DNA from: a virus | Taxonomy: Duplodnaviria > Heunggongvirae > Uroviricota > Caudoviricetes | Direction: 5' to 3' (one strand) | IMG/VR virus record: IMGVR_UViG_3300026549_000001 | Span: 122,569-186,568 of that record | DNA length: 64,000 bases | In this document: positions 35,798 through 46,340 of the stretch, piece after piece | How the letters are laid out: each line of letters opens with the position of its first letter | Numbering within the stretch: position 1 is the stretch's first letter | The notes under the pieces: generated by a model | Database searches by the model: none | Told to the model about the DNA's origin: nothing | What the model saw: only the letters and a program-made list of their open reading frames with translations | Made by a program: the position numbers and the translations under genes

Positions 35798-36427
35798 TTA
35801 TGAATGTGTTGCTTCATTGTATAGTCTTTGAATTTCTTTTAGAAGTGGAACATTATTTTTAATATCCCACAATCCAAAGTTATGGTTGAAACTTGAATAT
35901 AACCATTCTATATTAAAAGCATCTTTATTCATCTGTAATTCTATTTCAATAAACATTTGTACTAATGCTAAATAAACATCTTTGTCTTGTCTTACTTTAT
36001 CGTGACAAGTTTTTATCCACGCTTGTTTGGAAACAAATCCACTATATAAATCATTAAGTTCAGGAATAAGAAAGTCGGTTATGCCACCAATTCCGACATC
36101 CACAATAGGTATTCTTTGTTCTGATGGATATTTACATATAAGTATGTGTAATAACAAATGTTCTAAAAAGTCACAGTAAACTATATTTTCTTTTGACTGC
36201 CATTCAAACGGGCATAGTTTAGCCATTTCAGGTTTAGATAACATAATAAATGTATCTTCTTTCTTATGATGAGCATATAGCCCCTCTTTAGTTCTTTTAC
36301 ATTTGGGCTTTGGATTAAATGATTTAGTAAAATAATCATCTAACCCTATTCCATACTTATCTTGTAAGTAATCACAATATTCTAAATATGTGAAATTCTT
36401 AACCATTAAAAATTCTTGCATATTCAT
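35798..36427 (-). CDS. hypothetical protein with possible HNH-like motif
   Basis: YAHHKKED...ENIVYCDFLEHLLLH. Confidence 0.55.
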   Translation of the reverse strand: MNMQEFLMVKNFTYLEYCDYLQDKYGIGLDDYFTKSFNPKPKCKRTKEGLYAHHKKEDTFIMLSKPEMAKLCPFEWQSKENIVYCDFLEHLLLHILICKYPSEQRIPIVDVGIGGITDFLIPELNDLYSGFVSKQAWIKTCHDKVRQDKDVYLALVQMFIEIELQMNKDAFNIEWLYSSFNHNFGLWDIKNNVPLLKEIQRLYNEATHS

Positions 36428-36453
36428 AAATTACAATTCTCCTTAATATAAAA

Positions 36454-36478
36454 AGAGAGATGGTATTTCTCCATCTCT
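36454..36478 (-). terminator. intrinsic terminator
   Basis: AGAGATGG/CCATCTCT hairpin followed by CTTTT on the minus strand. Confidence 0.7.
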
Positions 36479-37197
36479 TATCTATATACTTTATAAAATT
36501 TATCTTCTCCGTTATCGAAAGCGGTAAGATTGAAACATATCAAACCACAGTCCATTTCTTTGCTATTTTTGTAGGCACAACCACCATCAATGTTTATTAT
36601 GTTTCCTTGTATATAAGGCGCAAGTTCTTCTTGTAAACATTGAACAGGAACATGACCAATTATATGAACTCTGCCGTCTTTTTGATAATTTCTACTATTT
36701 ATAAAAGTATCTCTCCTAAACGGAGAATACCAAGTTACATATTCTACTGTTGATAGTGGTACATCTAACCACCATCTATCAATAGTACCTTCTTTTGATA
36801 CAAAAGCAGAATGAGATAATAGGTATGTTTTATTAAGTTTTATTTCTATCTGTAAGGCAGACAAACGGAAAAGACAAGCATCAAATACTCTTTTTTCTTC
36901 TTTTGAAAGTTTAGAAAACTGTTCTTTAGTTGTTTGTCCCCCATTATTACCATACAACCAAAAATCATATTCTTCTATTTGATTTTGATGAGCAAACATC
37001 ATTAGTTCATGATTTCCAACCAATAACTTTATATTTGGATGCTTTATAATATATCGGATAATATCTACACAATTATTTCCTCTATCAATAACATCACCAA
37101 GAATATATAAAGTATCTTGGTCTGAAAAGTTTATATCATCAAGCATTTTTTTGAATAAATCAAAATGCCCGTGAATATCTGATACGCAGTATATCAT
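36478..37197 (-). CDS. PPP-family Ser/Thr protein phosphatase (lambda NinI-like)
   Basis: VSDIHG, LGDVIDRG, VGNHE, LSH, IGHVP, IDGGC. Confidence 0.88.
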   Translation of the reverse strand: MIYCVSDIHGHFDLFKKMLDDINFSDQDTLYILGDVIDRGNNCVDIIRYIIKHPNIKLLVGNHELMMFAHQNQIEEYDFWLYGNNGGQTTKEQFSKLSKEEKRVFDACLFRLSALQIEIKLNKTYLLSHSAFVSKEGTIDRWWLDVPLSTVEYVTWYSPFRRDTFINSRNYQKDGRVHIIGHVPVQCLQEELAPYIQGNIINIDGGCAYKNSKEMDCGLICFNLTAFDNGEDKFYKVYR

Positions 37198-38015
37198 TCC
37201 TCATAAAACCTCACTTCAAATCCAATATGGTTTCCTTTATAATAAAGTTTATAAATAGGATAAGTGCCATCACTACAACGAATAAACCAACCTCTATTGT
37301 CTGTACTGAACCAACAATCTTCGTCACTATCCATATCGTTATCAGTAATTGTTCCATTTCCTATATAAATTAAACCACTATCAGTAGAAACCGAGCCATT
37401 AAAATCCTCTGCATCAAACTCTATATTATATAAAACATTAAATATAATTACGGATTTTATATATCCTTTTACATCCTTACGAACCAAACAACCATAACTT
37501 GTAGCATCAATATTTTGAAATGTGTCATCATTGGTTATAGGGTCTTTTATTTGTATGCGAGATAAGTATTTTCCTCCCGCCTCAAAATCTTGCAAAGAGT
37601 TTAAGAATAGAGTCTTTTCATTTGTATCAAAGAAATTACCAATCTTTTTGATAGGCTGTTTTATAGCAGTTACAGGATAATATTTCTTACCATAATAATC
37701 CCACGGCTCTACATCTATTGTAAGTATTCTCCACCCATACATACCATTTGTTAATACACCATTTACCCATTTATCATCTATTTTAGTTTGTATAAAGTCT
37801 AAATGAAATAGAGGAATTCCGTTACAATCATAAAGAGGTGATTTTTCACAAACCGTTTCAGGTTTAATTTCTTCAACACCATTTCCTGTATATAAAGCCT
37901 TTTCAGAAATTAGTGTATCGCCATAAACCCATCCACCATTCAAGTCTTTTGCTTTTATCATTGGTTTCTTCCTTTCTATAAAAATAAGTGGGGAGATTTT
38001 TAGATTTCTCCCCAC
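37194..38015 (-). CDS. YopX-like protein with C-terminal extension
   Basis: KAKDLNGGWVYG, EIKPETV, LYDCNG, KKIGNFFD; probable start at the internal MIKAK. Confidence 0.6.
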   Translation of the reverse strand: MGRNLKISPLIFIERKKPMIKAKDLNGGWVYGDTLISEKALYTGNGVEEIKPETVCEKSPLYDCNGIPLFHLDFIQTKIDDKWVNGVLTNGMYGWRILTIDVEPWDYYGKKYYPVTAIKQPIKKIGNFFDTNEKTLFLNSLQDFEAGGKYLSRIQIKDPITNDDTFQNIDATSYGCLVRKDVKGYIKSVIIFNVLYNIEFDAEDFNGSVSTDSGLIYIGNGTITDNDMDSDEDCWFSTDNRGWFIRCSDGTYPIYKLYYKGNHIGFEVRFYEE

Positions 38016-38032
38016 ACAGTTAGTTATTGAGA

Positions 38033-38974
38033 TTAGGCGGCAAGCAGTCTTACAGCCTTATCAATGAATGTACCGCTCATAACCCTTTCGTGGTTGCGTT
38101 CAGCATAAGTGGCGGTTGCCCTTGCAGGGTCACGGTGGGACTCATAGTCCGAGATTGCATTCAGCAACCTATACGAACTGTAAGGCATATCCTGAAGGTC
38201 GAGCTTTTCGTCCATCACGAGCTTAATGAGGTTGCGGTTCTCTTCTGCGTTTCTGATAGTGCGTTCGCTGTTTCCATCAGGATAAAGCTCAAAGAGTATG
38301 TCCCTAACATCGCTTTCCGTCAGAATGCGACTATTCATACGGCTTGCTTCTTCCTCAAGCTCCGTCATATAGCTGTTGGCAAGCAGAAGGGTATTCTGCG
38401 CTTCGATAAGACGGTCTGCAAGGTTTCCGCAATGCTTAACCGCCCAACTCCTTTCAGCCTTTTTAAGAGCCATTCCGAGAGCGTTGGAACACGCAATTCG
38501 GATAGGGGTTATGATTGCCCTTATCGAACCCGTACCATCGTGAGAGTTCATAAAGATAATGAACTTCTTGAACGCATCCCCAAGAATGGAGGAATTATCA
38601 TTGATTCGCGCCTGAATCCATACACGCCTACCACCATTGTACGAACCCGCTCTATCGAAAGAGATTTCACCATCTTCAGCGAGAGCGTTCACAAAGTCAA
38701 AGGCTTCAATGTTCTGGCAGATAGAGTAATTCTTACCAACGAAGCCGAGGGTGCGGTTGTCCTCCACACGCACATTGGCGAATTTACCCTCTACGGCAAC
38801 AAAATTACCCAGTGCATCCTGAATAAAGGGAGAACGGGCTTCAACCGTCCAATTCAGCCCACCCATATCAAGGGCTTCGGCTACGGTACGAGCAGAAGAA
38901 ATATCCTGTCCATAACCTGTGCGAGTGCGTTCTACTTTCAGAAAATCAAGGTTAAACATATTGCTGACCTCCAA
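38033..38974 (-). CDS. DUF932/DUF945 family phage/plasmid protein (TIGR03299-like)
   Basis: GLNWTV, LGFVGKNYSICQN.EAFDF, AGSYNGGRRVW, NSHDGTGS, TPIRIACSNAL, KHCG. Confidence 0.85.
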   Translation of the reverse strand: MEVSNMFNLDFLKVERTRTGYGQDISSARTVAEALDMGGLNWTVEARSPFIQDALGNFVAVEGKFANVRVEDNRTLGFVGKNYSICQNIEAFDFVNALAEDGEISFDRAGSYNGGRRVWIQARINDNSSILGDAFKKFIIFMNSHDGTGSIRAIITPIRIACSNALGMALKKAERSWAVKHCGNLADRLIEAQNTLLLANSYMTELEEEASRMNSRILTESDVRDILFELYPDGNSERTIRNAEENRNLIKLVMDEKLDLQDMPYSSYRLLNAISDYESHRDPARATATYAERNHERVMSGTFIDKAVRLLAA

Positions 38975-38992
38975 GATTTATTTTCTAATATT

Positions 38993-39021
38993 AGTTTATC
39001 ATAATCTAAATCATTTGTCAA
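38993..39021 (-). promoter_or_regulatory. sigmaA-type promoter
   Basis: TTGACA-17-TAAACT. Confidence 0.65.
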
Positions 39022-39048
39022 CAGTTTTTTAATCTTAATTAAAATATA

Positions 39049-39273
39049 TTATTGATAACCCTCAACCTCAAAATTAAGACTTAATGTGTTTATAAGTGTT
39101 TCAGTAAGATAATACCAAGTTAAATATTTGGTTTCTTCTGTTTTTCTACAATATAAATTAATAGTGGCAAACTCACTATTGTCCGTGAAGTTAATAGACT
39201 CTACTATCCATTCATTGCCGTCATCATCTTTTAATGAATATTTTGATATTACATCATGTATAAAAAGTTTCAT
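39049..39273 (-). CDS. hypothetical protein
   Basis: ORF track. Confidence 0.5.
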   Translation of the reverse strand: MKLFIHDVISKYSLKDDDGNEWIVESINFTDNSEFATINLYCRKTEETKYLTWYYLTETLINTLSLNFEVEGYQ

Positions 39274-39429
39274 AATTTATACCTCTTTTAATATTATAGT
39301 TGCTTCAATAATACATTTTTGATAGGGACATATTTGTCCTTTGCAAAATAGCTAAATGTGTAGCGGTTTATTATATTAATCTTTATTCATCTTATGTTAA
39401 TCTAAAAAAAATAACTGCAATAGTGCAGA

Positions 39430-40224
39430 TTATTCTTGGGTAGTATCGTTAATTTTCAGGTTTATATAAAAAGAATATGAATTTGTAGCTCGTTTCATCC
39501 AACCATTAATTTCTGGTACAAATATTGAATTAGTATTTATATTATATGGGTGATATGAAATTTTCCACATACCATCCTGTTTTTGTATCTCTACACCATT
39601 GTTTGTATTACTATTAAGATAATTCACAACAGCATCAAATACTTTTTCTGCACGAGAGTATTCGGCAATGTTAAAGTCTATTTTGAAGATAATGGTTTCG
39701 CAGTTCTCCAAAGTAATTCCATCCATCCCTAAATCAAACAATGAATATTTAATAGTTTTGATGTAATCGTGATGATAGTCACTATTTATATCATTTACAA
39801 ATGATGCTTCAATAATATTATTTACTCCATAATATTTATTTGGCTCTCTCCAAGATAATGGCTCTACTTGCAGTCTGCTTTTTACACTTTCATAGGTGTC
39901 TCCGTTTTTAGGACGATTATCTATATAATATTTAATAATTTCTACAATATTTTCAGGGGTTATTTCAGATAAGTCATATACACAACTATCAGTACAATTT
40001 GTAGGCAATGGTTCTGTAATGTTTGATGGTAAGGGTTCTACAAAGTCTGTTATTGTTGGGGTTTCGGTGGGGTTTGTGGTTGGCTTGTTTGGTTCTCCAA
40101 ATAGTTTTTCCAACCGACTTATACGCTCGTCTAATTCTGCATAATTATTAGGTTGTGAGATTGCACAAGAGCATAAACAACCAACACAACAAACAACCAT
40201 TAATACACAAATAAATTTCTTCAT
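39430..40224 (-). CDS. putative lipoprotein with Pro/Thr linker
   Basis: Signal peptide with LCSC lipobox; PTTNPTETPT linker. Confidence 0.65.
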   Translation of the reverse strand: MKKFICVLMVVCCVGCLCSCAISQPNNYAELDERISRLEKLFGEPNKPTTNPTETPTITDFVEPLPSNITEPLPTNCTDSCVYDLSEITPENIVEIIKYYIDNRPKNGDTYESVKSRLQVEPLSWREPNKYYGVNNIIEASFVNDINSDYHHDYIKTIKYSLFDLGMDGITLENCETIIFKIDFNIAEYSRAEKVFDAVVNYLNSNTNNGVEIQKQDGMWKISYHPYNINTNSIFVPEINGWMKRATNSYSFYINLKINDTTQE

Positions 40225-40231
40225 ATAATCT

Positions 40232-41074
40232 CTAATCTTTCTTATAAATGTTACAAAGAAAATATTTCAAGATAATAGCTTCATCTAAAACACCTTCTTG
40301 TACTTTAACCATTAAAGAGTTGATTAACTTTAACATATCAATTAATTCTGTATCTGTAAAAAAGCCAACTCTTTGTTTAGCATAATAAATTTGTCCTTTT
40401 GACAATCCTGTATTTTTTTCTAAATCCCCATTAGTAGTTTGCACTTGCAAAGTATTTCGAGCATTAGAATAAAGGGCTTTAAGGATTGCCATATTACTTT
40501 CACCACTCTGTTCACAATAGGATAAATAAACAGGTAGGGTTTTCATATTCTTTGTTAATATACTTTCCACCAATAGAAACATAACATCTTTTGGTGGAGC
40601 AATATAAATAGTTTTTCTAAATTGTTTATAATCTTGTTCTGGATAATTCTCAAACTTATGTAATTCTTTTCTAATTGCAGAAAAGTTATTCCTACATACA
40701 ATAGCCAAGTCATTAGCCTGTTGCTCTGTTAAAGAATAGTTCGTAGTAATGTATTGTATAAGTTCAGCAGTAGATAATCTATTAAATTTATATATCTTAT
40801 CTTTATTCTCCTTATATAGTTTGGTGCGTTCATCAATACTATCTAAAGAGATAATACAATAATCATCTTCTACATCTTCTAATTCAGATAATACATAAAT
40901 GGCGGGAGTTTTAAATAGTCCACCCATTCTATTATTAGTATTATACTTAACAGGTAAATTTAATACTTTTGCTATACGGGAAATATAAATATCTTTTAGA
41001 GCTTGTTCTTCACCAATAAAGAACATTAAACGAGGTATGTTATTACTCTCTATAAGTTTCTTTAACTTTTTCAT
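40232..41074 (-). CDS. DNA polymerase III delta-like clamp loader subunit
   Basis: FFIGEEQAL, ELHKFENY, lid/collar-like C-terminus; in an operon with delta-prime and DnaX. Confidence 0.7.
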   Translation of the reverse strand: MKKLKKLIESNNIPRLMFFIGEEQALKDIYISRIAKVLNLPVKYNTNNRMGGLFKTPAIYVLSELEDVEDDYCIISLDSIDERTKLYKENKDKIYKFNRLSTAELIQYITTNYSLTEQQANDLAIVCRNNFSAIRKELHKFENYPEQDYKQFRKTIYIAPPKDVMFLLVESILTKNMKTLPVYLSYCEQSGESNMAILKALYSNARNTLQVQTTNGDLEKNTGLSKGQIYYAKQRVGFFTDTELIDMLKLINSLMVKVQEGVLDEAIILKYFLCNIYKKD

Positions 41075-41775
41075 AATACCTCTCGCACATCAAATATCCA
41101 ACCATCTAATTTTTCTGTTCCTATATGTTTATTGGTTATCATAATCGCAGATAGATAATTTGGATTATATGTTTGTTTATATCTTTCTATTAGTCTATTA
41201 TTAACCACTCTTAAAAAGAGAGTAATATTATAAGGCATTGCGGCAATTTTGAGAGCATTACCTATATTTGCCGAAGATATTCTATCTATAATCAAATCAA
41301 CATAATTGCTGAATTCTTGTAGATTATATTCTTTTAATAAATCTGCTTCATAGGGAGTTTCAGCTATTTCCGCTATCTCTCTATTTCCACAATAAGAATA
41401 TATTTCTTCGGTTGTATATGGCTCTAACTGTATAATATCACATCTACTTATTATAGTAGGTAGTAAGTCATCAAGTCTTTCACATATTAGGATATAGTAA
41501 ATATTATTGATTGGTTCTTCTAAAACTTTTAACAAAATATTCTTGGCGTTAATGTGTGCTTTATCTACATCGGGAACAACAAACACCATAGGTTCAGACG
41601 ATTTATAATCTAACATTTCTCTAATGGTTTGAGTTTTATTATCAGGTAAGGTATAAACTGTTCCTATTTTATTGCCTAAAAAAGAGGCAACGGTTTTCCT
41701 CCCACTATATTGTTTTCCCAATATAATAGTGCTTTGATTAATTATTTTGTTTCGTAATTTACTTTGTCCTATCAT
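41071..41775 (-). CDS. holB: DNA polymerase III delta-prime-like clamp loader subunit
   Basis: Degenerate Walker A GKQYSGRKT, NILLKVLEEP, PTIISRC. Confidence 0.8.
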   Translation of the reverse strand: MIGQSKLRNKIINQSTIILGKQYSGRKTVASFLGNKIGTVYTLPDNKTQTIREMLDYKSSEPMVFVVPDVDKAHINAKNILLKVLEEPINNIYYILICERLDDLLPTIISRCDIIQLEPYTTEEIYSYCGNREIAEIAETPYEADLLKEYNLQEFSNYVDLIIDRISSANIGNALKIAAMPYNITLFLRVVNNRLIERYKQTYNPNYLSAIMITNKHIGTEKLDGWIFDVREVL

Positions 41776-42703
41776 AAAGCAATAACACCGCTAATATTGT
41801 GTTTTTAGGATTAACCTCTTTTAATTCTACTGTTAAGAGAATTTCTAATAAGCGATACAAGTCATTTTGATTAAACTCGTTTGCTTGTCCACGACCAAGA
41901 ATATAGTATTGTAAACAATCAAGTACAAACATTCTATATTGTTTGATAAATTGATTTAGGTCTTTTCCTTGATTATATATTTGTTCTACTGTATCAATAA
42001 TGCCTTTTTTATCATTAGAAAAAACATATCCCGTTAATGTAAATAGTTGTTCTAATTCTATATAACCAAGAACAGCCATCACATTTTCAAAAGATAAAGT
42101 TCTTGAATAATGAATACATTTTTCTAACATAGAAATAGCGGTACGCAAACTACCTTCAGCTAATCTTGCTATGTAGTCAATTGCTATCTCTTCATATCTT
42201 GTGATATTTTCTTGCTGTAAAATATATATTAACCTTTGGAATATTTCATCTTTGGAAACAGGAGAAAGTTTGAAACTCTCTGCCCTTGAAAATATTGTTG
42301 TAGGTACTTTATGTGGCTCTGTAGTACATAACATTATTATTGTTCTCGGAGGGGGTTCTTCAAGAAATTTCAACATACTATCCCAAGCCGCTTTGGATAA
42401 TATTTGCACCTCATCTAATATAATAACTCTAAAATCACCAAATAGAGGTTGTGTTGTTGCAAACTCCATTACGGCTTTTATATCATCCACAGAATTATTG
42501 CTTGCGGCATCTATTTCTAATGGAGTATCATTTGTTATCATTTTAGCAAATATTCTTGCTATGGTAGTTTTGCCCACCCCACTATTTCCTATAAATAGAT
42601 AAACCTGTTGTGGATTACACATTTCATTTTTAAGAATTTGAATGGTTACATTTTGTCCACAAACATCAGCAAAAGTTTGTGGTCTATATTTTACAGCTAA
42701 CAT
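41759..42703 (-). CDS. dnaX: DnaX gamma-like clamp loader ATPase (short, 314 aa)
   Basis: LAVKYRPQTFADVCGQ, GNSGVGKT, EIDAASNNSVDDI, ILDEVQIL, LKFLEEPP, GSLRTAIS. Confidence 0.92.
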   Translation of the reverse strand: MLAVKYRPQTFADVCGQNVTIQILKNEMCNPQQVYLFIGNSGVGKTTIARIFAKMITNDTPLEIDAASNNSVDDIKAVMEFATTQPLFGDFRVIILDEVQILSKAAWDSMLKFLEEPPPRTIIMLCTTEPHKVPTTIFSRAESFKLSPVSKDEIFQRLIYILQQENITRYEEIAIDYIARLAEGSLRTAISMLEKCIHYSRTLSFENVMAVLGYIELEQLFTLTGYVFSNDKKGIIDTVEQIYNQGKDLNQFIKQYRMFVLDCLQYYILGRGQANEFNQNDLYRLLEILLTVELKEVNPKNTILAVLLLYDRTK

Positions 42704-42709
42704 AATACA

Positions 42710-42907
42710 TTATTCCTTCCAACTGCAATCATACAGTTCATCATTATATTCATCACACCAGTCGCATTTTCCATCAGGGAGAAGTTGCCCTATGCGTAAT
42801 TTTTCTCCCCTACTTTGAATTGCTTGTATGCAAGTATAGCAAAGTTTAATGGTTGTGTTTCCTTTTTGAATAGCGGAAACAATATTGTAATCTTTACTAT
42901 TATTCAT
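42710..42907 (-). CDS. small Cys-rich protein
   Basis: LCYTC, CDWC. Confidence 0.5.
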   Translation of the reverse strand: MNNSKDYNIVSAIQKGNTTIKLCYTCIQAIQSRGEKLRIGQLLPDGKCDWCDEYNDELYDCSWKE

Positions 42908-44822
42908 TTGCTGTTTTCTTACTCCTTGTAGTCTTGGGTTTGTTATTCTTTATTTCAGATTTTAATTCATCAATGAATGTGCTGTTTTCTTCTTTAATTG
43001 ACTCAAGGTTGTATGCGTTTTCCTCGGCATCTACTACTTCTGATATAATAGCAGATTTCCTACTGATAAGTCTTACAAATATATTATCAAAGATTGAATT
43101 CTCACAATAAATATAATAAATATTGCAACATTCATCTTGTCCTGTTCTACAAATTCTATCTTCTGTTTGTATATTGATGGCGGGTGTCCAATCATAGTCC
43201 AACATAATCATATTAAACGCGGCAGTAAGAGTTACACCTACACCACCCGCTTGCATATTTAATATACAAATAGGTGCTTTCTTTGACTGAAAATTATCTA
43301 TGGCTTCTTGCTTCTTTTTGTCAGTCATTCCACCACGAATTTCTACTGCCTTATCTCCGTAATGATGCTTCAATTTGGTAGCAGTCTCAATAAAGTTTGT
43401 GACTATGACTACACTTCGGTCAGCGTTCAACATACTGTCAGCTAATTCAATAGCCGCATCTATTTTGAACTCTCCAAGAAGTTTTCTTCCTGTCATAGCC
43501 AAGCCCATATAAGTATCTCCATCTTTGGGGTAATACACTCTTTTTTCTATATCTTTATATGCGGCTGATAATTTAGGCTCAATGGGAATAAACAATCTTT
43601 GTTTTTTAAGATTAGGCAATACATCTTTTTTAAGACGGCGAATCATTACCTTTTGTAGTAAAGAGTGAAGTTCATCCGTATTAGAACTTCCACTATAATC
43701 CACACCAAAGTTAGTAACCACGGGGTCACAGAATTTATCAGCATAATTCTTAAATGCCCATTTATTTGTAAAATCAATAGCGGAACATTTAAGCATCTTT
43801 AGAATATTATATAAATCCTTATTCCTTGAAGGTAAAGGTGTTCCTGTTAAGAGATAACAATATTCTGCGTTTTCTGCTAATTCTATAATATTTTTAGCTC
43901 TTTGACTTGATGCTCCTCCCCAATTATTAACCGCCTTGCAGTTATGCGCTTCATCTACAAAAATACAATTAAATTCTTTTAACTGTTCTACAAATTTTGA
44001 TGCTGTTTTATATCCTGTAATAGTCCATTCTTTGCTTGAATGGTACTCTTCATTAGAATAAAGAATTTGAACATCGGCTTTATCATTAGCTTGTAATATT
44101 TCCTTACGCCAATTAAGTCTTAAACTTTCAGGGCAGATTACTAATTTGGGTGTATCAATACTTTCTCCTACAAGGATTGAGATTAATGATTTACCAACAC
44201 CCATATCATGCCCCAGTAAAGCTCTCTTTAATCTAACTATTTTATTAGCATCTTCTATTTGATAATCAAAAGGCTTAAAAGGTAACGAGAGGGTTGTATA
44301 ATCAATAAGAGTATTATTCGTTGTATTATTATATCTTTCTACCCTTACAAGATTAAATCCTATATTGGTTATCATCTGTTCAAACTTATCCAATTGAGAA
44401 TCAGCAACAGAAATAGTAATTCCTTTATCTTCGGACTTAACATATTTAAGACAATTTTGTTCTTTATATGTCCACAAGAGTCTTACCAACTCTTTATTAT
44501 TATCAGGAATAAAGAACAACAAATGATTATACTCATTTCGCTTACCGAGTTCCGTACAATTTAATACCCCCTCATTATAATCAGATGGGTTATGATAATA
44601 ATTTGCATTTTTATCATATAAAGAAACCAACTCTCCCCTTGCCATAAAGAGTTTTGTTTTATCCTCTATGGTATCTAATTTACACAATGCTCTAACTATT
44701 ATAAGTAAATCATTCACATTGTAATTTTTGAGAGTTGCTAATCTCTCCATAAACAATCTTTCCTCTGTAATATCAGAAAGATGTTTCTTAAATAATTCAA
44801 CCATCCAATTATATTCTTTCAT
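42900..44822 (-). CDS. SNF2-family (SMARCAL1/HARP-like) helicase
   Basis: DMGVGKS, VDEAH, LTGTP, IRRLKKDVL, AGGVGVTLT, QTEDRICRTGQ. Confidence 0.88.
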   Translation of the reverse strand: MKEYNWMVELFKKHLSDITEERLFMERLATLKNYNVNDLLIIVRALCKLDTIEDKTKLFMARGELVSLYDKNANYYHNPSDYNEGVLNCTELGKRNEYNHLLFFIPDNNKELVRLLWTYKEQNCLKYVKSEDKGITISVADSQLDKFEQMITNIGFNLVRVERYNNTTNNTLIDYTTLSLPFKPFDYQIEDANKIVRLKRALLGHDMGVGKSLISILVGESIDTPKLVICPESLRLNWRKEILQANDKADVQILYSNEEYHSSKEWTITGYKTASKFVEQLKEFNCIFVDEAHNCKAVNNWGGASSQRAKNIIELAENAEYCYLLTGTPLPSRNKDLYNILKMLKCSAIDFTNKWAFKNYADKFCDPVVTNFGVDYSGSSNTDELHSLLQKVMIRRLKKDVLPNLKKQRLFIPIEPKLSAAYKDIEKRVYYPKDGDTYMGLAMTGRKLLGEFKIDAAIELADSMLNADRSVVIVTNFIETATKLKHHYGDKAVEIRGGMTDKKKQEAIDNFQSKKAPICILNMQAGGVGVTLTAAFNMIMLDYDWTPAINIQTEDRICRTGQDECCNIYYIYCENSIFDNIFVRLISRKSAIISEVVDAEENAYNLESIKEENSTFIDELKSEIKNNKPKTTRSKKTANE

Positions 44823-44831
44823 AATACCTCT

Positions 44832-46340
44832 CTATGCCGCTGTCATTAATGTTTCATCTTTTAATAATAAATATACACACCTATCATATAGTGCATCAAA
44901 TTCTTTTTTAGACAATGTTCCTTTGATTACATAAAAGCAATCATATACATTGATAACTTTAACCCCTCGTTGTTGTAATTCCCAAAGCATAAGGATATAT
45001 AGATTACTCTCATACATAAATATATGCCTACTATACAATTTTTCAAGGTTGAACAGTTTTTTCATTGTAGCTTTAACTGTTTCTAATAAATATTTTATAC
45101 CACAATTTAAGGCGTTTGTCAACCTATTATAAAAGGCAACCATATCTGCATCTTTACCACAGCGGAAATAAGACCATTTCTTTTTTATTTCATACATCTT
45201 AATAGCATAACTTGTTCCCCATTCTCTCATTGTGATAGGCATAAACAATAACTTAAAATCTTTACGAATGTCTGAAAAAGACACAGTTGTATCAAAGTTA
45301 CAATGTTTAAATACTACTTCATATATATCGTCAGTATGATTAAAACATCGTTTATTTCCTAAAGCATAATGTAATCTATAAATTGCGGCATTAACATCAA
45401 ATCCCACTATCTCTCTACTTGTCTTAAAGGCTGTTTGTATGTCTTGCAACCTCGTGCTATCAAGATGTTTTTCTGATTTGCCATTACATAAAGTATTGGT
45501 TAAACGGCGAGAACCTTCATCAATATATCTGTGATTAAAGCCATAACCATTAATCTGTTTTAGTAAATCTATATAGGGTTGACTGATTTGTTTATATTCT
45601 TCCAAATCAATCAATATTCGGTGTTCTCTGCGTTCTCTTTTAGAAATAGCATTCTTCCGCTTTTCAGAATTAATAGCAGTAAGCTGTTCATCATCTCTGT
45701 TGATGACTAATCTAAAATCTGCAAGCATTTCTGCCTTTACTCTTAAAAATTTTCCTATCGTTCCTGTTCCAATAGGATTACGCCGTGATATACCAAATTC
45801 TTCTGCAAAAAATCTCTTTATAATATCATTATCTTCTATTATAGGATTATAGTAATTGTGAACTATTCCGTGCTTTTCATAATTTGTACGGGTTCTTTTC
45901 CCACTTACTTTCTCTACATATCCTTTATTTATCAATCGAGAGATACTACCTTTAACTTGGTCTCTCGAACACCCTAAAAATAGAGCGATTTCTAAAAAGT
46001 CTGTATCTACCATTACTTCTTCATTTGATGATTGTTTTAGTAGATATGCTTTTTTCCCAAGAAGATATTCATAAACTCCTTCATCGTAATTGGTATACTT
46101 GCTATTCTTGCGGCTTCTTAAAATGCTTTCATATTCCCATACATCAAAAAAGTTTCCCTGTTTATTGTAATGACTTGCTCCATAGGATATTCTGTCTATT
46201 TTTCTTCCCATACAGGATGCAGACTTATACCATCGTATTGTTAAATCCCATTTTGGGAAATACACTTCTTCATAATATACATTCTTTTCACTTGTATATT
46301 GACTTGTTACTTCAAATGCTAAATCATCTATTAAAGGCAT
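44832..46340 (-). CDS. wHTH plus divergent PolA-superfamily palm protein; candidate replication initiator or primase-polymerase
   Basis: wHTH-like IALFLGCSRDQVKGSISRLINKGYV; motif A-like VGFDVNAAIYR; motif B-like RKDFK; motif C-like NVYDCF; adjacent to the AT-rich repeat region. Confidence 0.5.
   Translation of the reverse strand: MPLIDDLAFEVTSQYTSEKNVYYEEVYFPKWDLTIRWYKSASCMGRKIDRISYGASHYNKQGNFFDVWEYESILRSRKNSKYTNYDEGVYEYLLGKKAYLLKQSSNEEVMVDTDFLEIALFLGCSRDQVKGSISRLINKGYVEKVSGKRTRTNYEKHGIVHNYYNPIIEDNDIIKRFFAEEFGISRRNPIGTGTIGKFLRVKAEMLADFRLVINRDDEQLTAINSEKRKNAISKRERREHRILIDLEEYKQISQPYIDLLKQINGYGFNHRYIDEGSRRLTNTLCNGKSEKHLDSTRLQDIQTAFKTSREIVGFDVNAAIYRLHYALGNKRCFNHTDDIYEVVFKHCNFDTTVSFSDIRKDFKLLFMPITMREWGTSYAIKMYEIKKKWSYFRCGKDADMVAFYNRLTNALNCGIKYLLETVKATMKKLFNLEKLYSRHIFMYESNLYILMLWELQQRGVKVINVYDCFYVIKGTLSKKEFDALYDRCVYLLLKDETLMTAA

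Noticed and set aside
38027-39004. 325-aa plus-strand ORF
   Set aside because: Exact antisense shadow of the DUF932 gene, whose codon usage avoids reverse-strand stops; no RBS or motifs.
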